DNA from: Candidatus Sericytochromatia bacterium
Lineage (GTDB): Bacteria; Cyanobacteriota; Sericytochromatia; S15B-MN24; JAQBPE01
Direction of reading: 5' to 3'
Assembly (NCBI GenBank): GCA_040400605.1
Contig: JBBAPZ010000004.1
Coordinates: forward strand, 1 to 64,000
Length of the DNA: 64,000 nt
A program made the translations under genes and the position numbers. Shown piece by piece: positions 55,763 to 64,000 of this stretch. Numbering within the stretch: position 1 is the first letter of the stretch; each line of letters begins with the position of its first letter. The notes beneath the pieces are model-generated. The model was not told the DNA's origin. It ran no database searches and saw only the letters and a program-made list of their open reading frames with translations.

Positions 55763-57104
55763 TTTGTCGTGCGAGCTTGCCGGCATTCGCGCGCCCAACC
55801 CTTTCTGGCTGGCTTCCGCGCCGCCAACCAACACGGCAACGCAGGTGCTGCGGGCCTATGAATGGGGGTGGGGCGGGGCAGTCTGGAAAACCCTTGGCAA
55901 GCCTGTCCGCAATGTTCAACCCCGCTTCACCGCCATGCACACGGCTGCGGAACGGATGGTGGGTTTCAGTAACATTGAATTGATCACGGATCGCCCATTG
56001 GAAGATAACTATCGGGAGATCGCTGCCGTTACCGCCCGCTATCCGGACCGTGCCACCATCGTCTCTTTGATGTTCGAAACCGAGGATGAATGGAAAGAAC
56101 ACATTGAGCGTTCGGTAGCGGTCGGTGCCCAGGGGCTTGAACTGAATTTCGGCTGTCCTCACGGCATGTGTGAGCGGGGCATGGGCTCAGCAGTCGGTCA
56201 GGAACCGGCGCTTGTTGAAACCATTACGCGCTGGGCCGTGCGCTACGCTGGTGTGCCGGTGCTGGTCAAGTTGACCCCCAATGTGACCGACATTATACCG
56301 CCCGCGTTGGCTGCCCAGCGAGGAGGCGCCCATGGTGTCAGCCTCATTAACACCATCAAAAGTGTCATGGGCGTGGACCTGGATCGTATGGTGCCTTTAC
56401 CCGTGGTGGGCGATGCCTCAACCAACGGCGGTTATTGTGGCCCCGCAGTGAAACCTATCGCCTTGCACATGGTGGGTGCCTTGGCGCGGCACCCCGAGTT
56501 CCGGTTGCCAATTTCGGGGATGGGTGGGATTGGTACCTGGCGCGATGCGGCTGAGTTTTTGGCTTTGGGGGCACGTTCGGTACAGATCTGCACCGCCGTG
56601 ATGCACCACGGTTATCGCATCATCCATGATTTAACCGAAGGCTTGGGCCACTGGATGGAAGAAAAAAATTATCGAACGCTGGATGATTTGATCGGACGTG
56701 CTGTGCCAAATTTTCGCTCCTGGGAAGATCTGGATCTCAATCATCGCGTGGTGGCCCGTATTCAGACTGATAAGTGCATTGGTTGTCAGTTATGTTACGT
56801 CGCCTGCCTGGACGGTTCCCATCAATGCATTTATCTGCCGGATGCCGAACACCCGGATGCGCCCATTCGCCTTGCTACCGAGTCACGGATGCCTTGGGTT
56901 GCAGAAAATGAATGCACCGGTTGTCAACTGTGCCATTTGGTCTGTCCCGTGGAAGGTGCCATCAAGATGGTGCCGCTTCACACAGGGCAGCCTAGGCAAA
57001 GCTGGCGCGAGCTTCAAGCCCTTGCCGTGACTGAATCCGGCACAAGCAATGATTCAACGCTTGAAGGGCGGCAAGGGTTTTGGCAGACTCAAGGCATTGG
57101 TTGA
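55749..57104 (+). CDS. preA: NAD-dependent dihydropyrimidine dehydrogenase subunit
   Basis: NPFWLASAPPT, NIELITDR, LNFGCPHGMCERGMG and C-terminal 2x[4Fe-4S] motifs. Confidence 0.96.
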   Translation: MHPVDLSCELAGIRAPNPFWLASAPPTNTATQVLRAYEWGWGGAVWKTLGKPVRNVQPRFTAMHTAAERMVGFSNIELITDRPLEDNYREIAAVTARYPDRATIVSLMFETEDEWKEHIERSVAVGAQGLELNFGCPHGMCERGMGSAVGQEPALVETITRWAVRYAGVPVLVKLTPNVTDIIPPALAAQRGGAHGVSLINTIKSVMGVDLDRMVPLPVVGDASTNGGYCGPAVKPIALHMVGALARHPEFRLPISGMGGIGTWRDAAEFLALGARSVQICTAVMHHGYRIIHDLTEGLGHWMEEKNYRTLDDLIGRAVPNFRSWEDLDLNHRVVARIQTDKCIGCQLCYVACLDGSHQCIYLPDAEHPDAPIRLATESRMPWVAENECTGCQLCHLVCPVEGAIKMVPLHTGQPRQSWRELQALAVTESGTSNDSTLEGRQGFWQTQGIG

Positions 57105-57653
57105 GAGTTGTCCGGATTCGAAGATGGTTAGCCAGCCTTGGCGTGCCAGCGTCCACAGCGTCGTTTCCAGAGTCGCTGCCGGCTGTTCCGATCCCAAGAC
57201 CTCACACAATTGCCCCACCGTGCGCTCTCCCATCAACATATCTTTGCGCATCGTATCGCTCAAACGTGATACTTCGAGGTACTCGACCGTTGCGCTATCG
57301 GGTGGCAAGGTGAGTACCTGGGGTTTTAAAAGCGCTTTTTTGCCTTCGGAAAACTGTAGTTTGTCATAGAGGTCGTCGTGACGCAGGGTGCCGTCATTTT
57401 GACGAAACAGGCAGCGTGCTTTGCCATTGACGGTGTACTCCACGCGAACAAGGATTCGCTGGGCCAGGCCGCCGGTCGCGGGTTCCAGCTTGAAGTAGGC
57501 CGGTTCAGCGACGCTTTGTTCAATCGCTGCAAGGTCAACATATTTTAGGCGATCGCCGTCCCGAACAATCATGCCGGACAAATCGCCACGGGCGTGATCC
57601 GCTTTCCGGGTCACACCCAGAATGAGCCGCGGTCCCATCGGTGACTGCGCCAT
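57054..57653 (-). CDS. hypothetical protein, possible C-terminal winged helix
   Basis: GGGGAG RBS; C-terminal TVGQLCEVL...TLWTLARQGWL. Confidence 0.65.
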   Translation of the reverse strand: MAQSPMGPRLILGVTRKADHARGDLSGMIVRDGDRLKYVDLAAIEQSVAEPAYFKLEPATGGLAQRILVRVEYTVNGKARCLFRQNDGTLRHDDLYDKLQFSEGKKALLKPQVLTLPPDSATVEYLEVSRLSDTMRKDMLMGERTVGQLCEVLGSEQPAATLETTLWTLARQGWLTIFESGQLSTNALSLPKPLPPFKR

Positions 57654-57704
57654 TAGTCTCCCCTTCCCGTGATTGCCTGTTTTCACCCGCCGGCGACCAG
57701 TGTA

Positions 57705-58436
57705 TCACGCAAGTGGCGCCTGAACCTCAATTTGACCCATGGCACCGTGGCACGCAGACACCGTCGCAATGAGTATCGTCAGGGGCGTTTGGCGCGCGCG
57801 GGCTAATTTCAGGACCTGCTCACGCTCGGCGCGCAGTTGGCGCACACTGACAGAGGCGACGCCCAGGGCAATCTGTTCACACACAAGCACAATCAAGGCA
57901 CTCACATCGGGCCACGCTTGCGCTTGCTCGCGCAAAAACCGTGATTGTTCCCAGGTGCGTGGCCCCCTGGTTGCTGGACAACGCTCGGGTTCGGTGCAGG
58001 CAGCCGGGCATAGCCAGTCGGCGAAAGAAAAATACAAGGCGCCGTCTTGACCGAGCTTTACAAAGGGTTGTTCAAAGGTATGACGCACCGGCTCGGACCG
58101 AACGGTTCGGGGAGCCAATTGTGCCGCGAGTGCGTGGAGCAGCCAATGTTGAAAAAGGTGCGGCGCCAAAGGTGCTGGAATGATGTGGTCTCCGCTGGTT
58201 CCATCCGCCTCGTCGTCAGCGTTTTCGATGTATCCCCTTAAAAATTGATCCCATTCAGCGTGAATATGACGCACGTCCCGGTGGGTCCCCAATTCGTCTT
58301 TCACGCGGGTTTCCAACGCGTGATCCACAACCAGCAGGTGGCGAAACTGCGTGAGGCCGGTGTCACGTGCGCGCAAAAGACGGCTGACGTGATGATAGCC
58401 CCAGCAACCACCTCCAATGACGATCACGTCGCGCAT
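57705..58436 (-). CDS. Rossmann-like N-terminus with Cys-cluster hypothetical protein
   Basis: VIVIGGGCWG; CPAACTEPERCP; terminal SACHG. Confidence 0.75.
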   Translation of the reverse strand: MRDVIVIGGGCWGYHHVSRLLRARDTGLTQFRHLLVVDHALETRVKDELGTHRDVRHIHAEWDQFLRGYIENADDEADGTSGDHIIPAPLAPHLFQHWLLHALAAQLAPRTVRSEPVRHTFEQPFVKLGQDGALYFSFADWLCPAACTEPERCPATRGPRTWEQSRFLREQAQAWPDVSALIVLVCEQIALGVASVSVRQLRAEREQVLKLARARQTPLTILIATVSACHGAMGQIEVQAPLA

Positions 58437-58602
58437 TGGCCACGTTAACTGGGTGGGGGAAGTCTTTTTTGAGTAGTGCTCTGGGGGCATGGTCCTCACC
58501 GAAGCAAAAAACGAGATAAACCGCGTCTTTTCATTCTACCGGTTGGGGGACTCGAGCGGTATAATGAAGGTTCGTGCACGCGCCAAGAGGAACAGTCTCC
58601 CA

Positions 58603-59889
58603 ATGAAATCATCACGGATACCGGGTTTTTACAAGCTGTCTTTGGCGGAACGCCTGGCTCGCTTGGCAGACACCTACGATCTGAGTGTCTCTGAAGTTGA
58701 GGCACTGCGTTCGCAAGGGTCTTTGACGCTCGCCCAGGCTGACAAAATGATTGAAAACGCGGTGGGTATTTACAGTTTACCAATTGGTCTCGGGATGAAT
58801 TTTTTGATTAACGGAAAAGATTATTTGATTCCGATGGCGATTGAGGAACCGTCGGTCGTCGCTTCTGCGAGTCACGTGGCCAAATTGGTTCGTGAAGCCG
58901 GGGGATTTCAGGCCGAAAGCACCGAGCGGGACATGATCGGTCAGATACAGGTGGTGGGGTGCCCGGATTGGGGCGTAGCGTGTGAAGCGTTGCTTGATGC
59001 TGAGGAGCGTTTGTTGGCTGCTGCCAACGCGGTGCATCCGAAGATGGTGGAACGGGGTGGTGGTGCGCGGCGTATGTCGGTGCGTCTGCTCAATGATGAT
59101 GAGGGCGCGCGTTATCAACAGATGTTGATCCTGAACCTGATTGTCGATACGCGCGATGCAATGGGGGCCAATACTGTCAATACCATGGTGGAGGCCCTGG
59201 CGCCCACTGTGGAGGAATTGACGGGTGGAAAAGTGTACCTGCGGATTTTGTCCAACTATACGGATGGTTGTCTGGCGCGTGCGCGCTGCGTCATTCCACC
59301 GGCGTTGTTGCGGGCGGGTGAATTTGAGGGTGAGGCGGTACGTGATGGCATCTTATGTGCTCAGGCGTTTGCGGCGAGTGATCGCTATCGGGCGGTGACG
59401 CACAACAAAGGGGTCATGAACGGCATCGATGCGGTGGTGATTGCAACCGGCAACGATTGGCGGGCGATTGAGGCGGCGGCCCACGCCCATGCCTGTCGTG
59501 ATGGCGTTTATGGACCGATGACGCAATGGTTCAAGGATGACGCGGGTAATTTGGTGGGTGAGTTGGAGTTGCCCATGCCGGTTGGGACTGTGGGGGGGTC
59601 GATTGGTTTGCACCCGATGGCACAGATAGCGCACAAGTTTTTGCGGGTGCAGTCCGCGCGTGAGCTGGCGGAGGTGGTTGTGTGTGTGGGGTTGGCGCAG
59701 AACCTTGGGGCATTAAAGGCGTTGGCGACGGATGGCATTCAAAAGGGTCACATGGCATTGCATGCCCGTGCGGTGGCGATGACGGCTGGGGCGGATGGTG
59801 AGTTGATTGATCGCATCGCCCAAGAATTGGTTAAAAGCAACGAAATCAAAGTGAGTAAGGCCCTCGAACTGCTCGCACAACACCGCTGA
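58603..59889 (+). CDS. mvaA: hydroxymethylglutaryl-CoA reductase, class II
   Basis: MIENAVG, EEPSVVA, DAMGAN, THNKGVMNG and GIQKGHMALH. Confidence 0.97.
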   Translation: MKSSRIPGFYKLSLAERLARLADTYDLSVSEVEALRSQGSLTLAQADKMIENAVGIYSLPIGLGMNFLINGKDYLIPMAIEEPSVVASASHVAKLVREAGGFQAESTERDMIGQIQVVGCPDWGVACEALLDAEERLLAAANAVHPKMVERGGGARRMSVRLLNDDEGARYQQMLILNLIVDTRDAMGANTVNTMVEALAPTVEELTGGKVYLRILSNYTDGCLARARCVIPPALLRAGEFEGEAVRDGILCAQAFAASDRYRAVTHNKGVMNGIDAVVIATGNDWRAIEAAAHAHACRDGVYGPMTQWFKDDAGNLVGELELPMPVGTVGGSIGLHPMAQIAHKFLRVQSARELAEVVVCVGLAQNLGALKALATDGIQKGHMALHARAVAMTAGADGELIDRIAQELVKSNEIKVSKALELLAQHR

Positions 59890-60881
59890 TGGGCAATCAC
59901 GCACAGTCGGTCACGCCTGCAAGGGAGGCAACTGGACACGCCCCGGGGAAGTTGATTTTGCTCGGTGAGCACGCTGTCGTTTATGGTTATCCGGCGCTAG
60001 CCATCCCGCTGCTGGCACTGCGATGTCACGCCACGATCACGTTTTTGCCCGACGTAGCCGACGGCAGCCTTGAGCTCGTGAATGCCTCGGGAGTTTCGCT
60101 GGTGCCAGTTTCCAAACTGGCGCCAGTGGGCTGGGAAGGTCCTGTGGCGTTATTGAACGCGCTGCGTCAGACGACAATGGGGGTGCAATCAGGCTTGCGT
60201 GTCAGAATTGATTCAGCAATTCCGGTTGGGGCGGGGTTGGGGTCGGGTGCGGCGGTTGCTTGTGCGATCGCCCGTGCCTGGAGCGCTTTGTTTGGCATCA
60301 GTGACACGGAAGCGGCCCTTTATGAAAAAATCCAGATCGCCGAACGGGTGGCCCACAGATTACCCAGTGGGCTGGATGCTTGCACCGTGTTGTCTGAAAA
60401 ACCTTTGCTGTTTGACACTCGTAGCGGTGCTCAGCCCATTCAGGTTCCGTGCAACGGTTACTGGGTCATTGGCCATTCTGGTATTCAGCGTCAAACCGTC
60501 GTAGCCGTGAATACCGTGGCACAGGCGCTGCGAAGCGAGCCCCAGGTTACCCGCGCGGCAATCGCCCGTTTGGGCGCACTGGCTTTGGATGGTGCCTCTT
60601 GGCTGGCTGGGCGGGATTGGCGACAACTGGGCGCCGCTTTGGATGAGGCTCATGTGTTGCTTGACTCGCTTGGTGTCGGGCACTCTCGATTGAATCAATT
60701 GGCTGAGGTAGCCAGACAACACGGTGCACTGGGTGCCAAGTTGACTGGTGCGGGAATGGGTGGATGCGTGCTTGCGTTGGTTGATAACACCGTGGCGCAG
60801 CGGCAGGTGGCAGATGCGTGGCGTAAACTGGGATTGCCGTTCGTTGCTTGCCTCGGCGAAGAAGGGACGAATATCTTGTGA
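59889..60881 (+). CDS. mvk: mevalonate kinase
   Basis: GKLILLGEHAVVYG, PVGAGLGSGAA, PSGLD and KLTGAGMGG. Confidence 0.95.
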   Translation: MGNHAQSVTPAREATGHAPGKLILLGEHAVVYGYPALAIPLLALRCHATITFLPDVADGSLELVNASGVSLVPVSKLAPVGWEGPVALLNALRQTTMGVQSGLRVRIDSAIPVGAGLGSGAAVACAIARAWSALFGISDTEAALYEKIQIAERVAHRLPSGLDACTVLSEKPLLFDTRSGAQPIQVPCNGYWVIGHSGIQRQTVVAVNTVAQALRSEPQVTRAAIARLGALALDGASWLAGRDWRQLGAALDEAHVLLDSLGVGHSRLNQLAEVARQHGALGAKLTGAGMGGCVLALVDNTVAQRQVADAWRKLGLPFVACLGEEGTNIL

Positions 60882-61924
60882 GTGAGCCATCGGTTGATAT
60901 CCAGCAACGGAAGCGTGATCACATTGCCCATAGTTTGAATCCTCAAGTCATCATGGGAATATCAAACGGCTTGGAGCGTTTCCGTTTCTTGCCGGAGGCA
61001 CTTCCGGATTGTGATTTTGCCGCGGTCTCCACGCAATGTGAATTTCTTGGCCATCGTTTGGGTGCGCCTTTATTGATTGCGAGCATGACCGGCGGTCCGC
61101 AGGAGGGTGAGCGCATCAATCGTCATTTGGCGCAGGCTGCCCGTCAGTTGAACGTGGCCATGGGGGTTGGGTCACAACGGGTGATGTTTGAGCGGGTGGA
61201 TGCGCGCCAAAGCTTTTTCGCAGTTCGTAAAGAGGCACCGGACATTTTGTTGTTTGGCAATTTGGGTGCGGTTCAATTGAATGCCGGTTTTGGTGAGCGG
61301 GAGTTGCGGCAGGCACGGGATTGGCTGGATGCGGATGGGGTGTTTTTGCACTTGAATGTTTTGCAGGAGTTGATTCAGACGGAGGGGGACACAAACTTTC
61401 AAGGTTTGCTTGAGCGTGTGTCCCGTTTGACGGCCGCGCTGGACTTTCCGATTCTTGTCAAAGAGGTGGGGTGTGGGGTGTCGTCAGGGACGGCGCTGCG
61501 TTTGGCTGCCGCTGGGGTTGCTGCCATTGATGTGGCGGGTGCGGGTGGCACCTCTTGGGCCAAGATTGAGGGTTTGCGTGCCGCGACACCGCAACGGAAG
61601 CGGTTGGCTGAGGTGTTCGGTGATTGGGGCTTGCCCACTGCGGTTTGCATTCCGCGGATTCGTGCACAATTGCCGGGATTGCCCTTGATCGCGTCTGGTG
61701 GCATTCGAACGGGATTGGATGTTGCGAAAGCGATCGCCTTGGGGGCTGACCTTGTCAGCCTGGCCAATCCCCTCCTGGCGCCAGCCTTGGAGAGCGCCGA
61801 TGCCGTTGTCGATTGCCTGGAGCAAATCATTTTGGAACTTCGCGTCACATTGATGTTGCTTGGGTTGCGTGATGTCGCCGCACTTCGCAATCGGCCGGAT
61901 TTATTGATGGAGGTTGGATTATGA
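60878..61924 (+). CDS. fni: type 2 isopentenyl-diphosphate delta-isomerase
   Basis: RKRDHI, SMTGG, GSQR, KEVG, GAGGTSW and ASGGIR. Confidence 0.97.
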   Translation: MSEPSVDIQQRKRDHIAHSLNPQVIMGISNGLERFRFLPEALPDCDFAAVSTQCEFLGHRLGAPLLIASMTGGPQEGERINRHLAQAARQLNVAMGVGSQRVMFERVDARQSFFAVRKEAPDILLFGNLGAVQLNAGFGERELRQARDWLDADGVFLHLNVLQELIQTEGDTNFQGLLERVSRLTAALDFPILVKEVGCGVSSGTALRLAAAGVAAIDVAGAGGTSWAKIEGLRAATPQRKRLAEVFGDWGLPTAVCIPRIRAQLPGLPLIASGGIRTGLDVAKAIALGADLVSLANPLLAPALESADAVVDCLEQIILELRVTLMLLGLRDVAALRNRPDLLMEVGL

Positions 61925-62931
61925 GCCAGGCGATCGCTTGTGCCAACAGCAACATTGCGTTAATCAAGTACTGGGGCAAGCGCGACGAGGCGCTGATCTT
62001 GCCTCATAACGGCAGTCTCTCGTTGACCCTGGACGGCCTGTATTCCACCACCCGGGTGTCGTTTGAGGAAGACCTGAAAGCTGATCACTTTGAACTCGAC
62101 GGCGCGATCATCACAGGTACACCGCTAACACGCGTGAGCGATTTTTTGAATTGCATTCGCGCGATGAGTGGCGAGCGCCGTTTTGCGCGGGTTCAATCAA
62201 CCAACCACTTGCCCACCGCTGCCGGCTTGGCCTCCTCCGCATCAGGGTTTGCCGCACTTGCTCTGGCAGGAACGCGTGCTGCCGGATTGAACCTGGATCC
62301 CGCGGATTTATCCCGCCTCGCAAGGCTTGGTTCCGGTTCCGCCTGCCGTTCGATTTACGGCGGTTTCGTTGAATGGCGCCGGGGCAGCGAGTCAGACGGC
62401 CGTGACAGTCACGGTGTTCCCATCGTTTTAGCGCAGGATTGGGACCTGCGCATGCTGGTCTGTGTGTTGATGAGCAAACCCAAAGGCGTGTCCAGCCGTG
62501 CAGGCATGGCACGAACCGTCGCGACCTCGCCTTACTACGCTGCGTGGATCAGTGAAGCACAACGGGATCTCGAACAGGCCCGAACCGCCATTGATATGCA
62601 TGACTTCGAAACCCTCGGACAATTGACCGAGCACAGTGCCCTGAAGATGCACGCGACGATGCTGACTGCACATCCGCCCTTTTGTTACTGGCTGCCCAGC
62701 AGCGTTGCCTTGATGGATCGTGTGCGTCAGTTGCGTGCCGATGGCCTGGCCGCCTACTTTACGCTCGACGCAGGGCCCAATGTCAAGGTTTTGACCACGG
62801 GTAAAGATGCCGCCACCATCGCTGCCGCTTTGGAACAGCAAGCGGGTGTTGAGCGGGTGTTAATGTGTGCCGCTGGCAAGGGTGCGCGTTTGATTGATGA
62901 GGAGCAACAAGGTGCCGAAGCAATGCCTTGA
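61921..62931 (+). CDS. mvaD: diphosphomevalonate decarboxylase
   Basis: NIALIKYWGK, AAGLASSAS, GSGSACRS and DAGPNV. Confidence 0.97.
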   Translation: MSQAIACANSNIALIKYWGKRDEALILPHNGSLSLTLDGLYSTTRVSFEEDLKADHFELDGAIITGTPLTRVSDFLNCIRAMSGERRFARVQSTNHLPTAAGLASSASGFAALALAGTRAAGLNLDPADLSRLARLGSGSACRSIYGGFVEWRRGSESDGRDSHGVPIVLAQDWDLRMLVCVLMSKPKGVSSRAGMARTVATSPYYAAWISEAQRDLEQARTAIDMHDFETLGQLTEHSALKMHATMLTAHPPFCYWLPSSVALMDRVRQLRADGLAAYFTLDAGPNVKVLTTGKDAATIAAALEQQAGVERVLMCAAGKGARLIDEEQQGAEAMP

Positions 62932-64000
62932 AGTGCGTGTGCCGGGTAAACTGTTGATCGCTGGCGAATATGCGGTACTTGAACCCCACGCGCCAGCCGT
63001 GGTGGTGGCGGTGTCCCGATACATCCGAATTCGGATTACCCCGGCGCCCGTAGGCCTTTTTGATGCGCCAAGCCTCGGTATTCTGGCCTATGAGTGGCGT
63101 GCGACCGCGGAAGCCGTCGCCTTCGAACGTGAGGATGACAGGCTGTCGTTTGTCACGGCGGCCTTGAACCAGGTCAGGCGTTATCTGACGATGCAAAACA
63201 AGGCACTCCAAAACTGTCATATCGTCATCGACAGTGATCTTCAAGACGCCAACGGTCTCAAGTACGGATTGGGCAGCAGCGCCGCCGTTGTTACAGCAGT
63301 GGTTGCCGGTATGCTGATTTGGCACCAGGGACCGGATGACCACCCACCAGATGCCACGATTATTTTCAAACTCGCTGCATTGGCACACCTGGCGACGCAA
63401 GGCAGTGGTTCAGGGGTTGATTTGGCCGCCTCGTGTTTTGGCGGCTGGTTGCGCTACTCGTCGTTTCATCCCGCCTGGTTGCAAGAACGCATCGATTGGC
63501 CCCTGCCTGAGTTGCTCAAAAGTCCTTGGCCTTTTTTATCTGTTGAACGCTTGTCACCGATTCCCAAGGATCTGCGTTTGATGGCTGCCTGGAGTGGCAC
63601 ATCCGTGAAGACATCCGCGATGATTGAGGCCGTTGTCGCGGTGCGCGAGAGCAACCCCACCGCCTACGAGCGATTTTTACATGATTCACGCATCAGCGTG
63701 GAGCACCTGGTGGCGGGCTTACAGTCCGCCAATCCGGGACGGATCCTCGCAGCCATTGAACGCAACCGTCAAGCCCTGCTGCGATTAAGTGAGGCTGCGG
63801 CCGTTCGCATCGAAACCCCCGTATTGCAACGCTTGCACGCACTCGCCGTGGAAGCCGGCGGCAGTGGCAAACCGTCCGGCGCCGGGGGGGGCGATTGTGG
63901 CATCGCCGTCATCTTCGGTGAACGCGAGGCGGCTGCCTTGGCCGAAGCCTGGCGCCAAGGAGGTGTGCTGCCACTGCCCCTATCGGTGTCGGATGCGGGG
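62912..64000 (+). CDS. mvaK2: phosphomevalonate kinase (3'-partial; absent from the ORF track)
   Basis: Hand translation from GTG 62912 gives VPGKLLIAGEYAVLEP, KYGLGSSAA, GSGVD and KPSGAGGGDCG; GAGGAG RBS. Confidence 0.93.
   Translation, partial: MPKQCLEVRVPGKLLIAGEYAVLEPHAPAVVVAVSRYIRIRITPAPVGLFDAPSLGILAYEWRATAEAVAFEREDDRLSFVTAALNQVRRYLTMQNKALQNCHIVIDSDLQDANGLKYGLGSSAAVVTAVVAGMLIWHQGPDDHPPDATIIFKLAALAHLATQGSGSGVDLAASCFGGWLRYSSFHPAWLQERIDWPLPELLKSPWPFLSVERLSPIPKDLRLMAAWSGTSVKTSAMIEAVVAVRESNPTAYERFLHDSRISVEHLVAGLQSANPGRILAAIERNRQALLRLSEAAAVRIETPVLQRLHALAVEAGGSGKPSGAGGGDCGIAVIFGEREAAALAEAWRQGGVLPLPLSVSDAG

Overview
A bacterial chromosomal window of fairly high GC with about 57 supportable CDSs. 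I saw no rRNA, tRNA, CRISPR array or transposase. Recognisable blocks are: an ECF sigma/anti-sigma module with divergent DUF6249-DUF4097 genes; an acyl-CoA carboxylase beta subunit; oligoendopeptidase F; an AsnB-like ligase; a pmtA-psd/pssA phospholipid cluster; a Wzx-type flippase; an AT-richer DNA methyltransferase plus short PD-(D/E)XK nuclease pair; plsC and truD; a complete classical menaquinone cluster (menFDHBACE, GbsR-family regulator, menI, and divergent aroF-polyprenyl synthase-menG); three CarboxypepD-domain lipoproteins; a SiaABCD-like partner-switch/c-di-GMP operon; preTA; and a mevalonate operon (mvaA-mvk-fni-mvaD-PMK) that runs off the window end. The style of the hypothetical lipoproteins suggests a non-photosynthetic cyanobacterial relative (Ca. 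Sericytochromatia-like); this is an inference only. Three signals are not explained by the gene calls: (1) a degenerate ~110-120 bp intergenic repeat family with at least 8 copies; (2) an orphan BrnA/CopG-type RHH protein fused to 12-aa amphipathic repeats, with three GTATATAC boxes over its own promoter; (3) a kb-scale sawtooth G/T versus C/A strand asymmetry that ignores gene orientation. All family assignments are by eye from motifs, without database searches.
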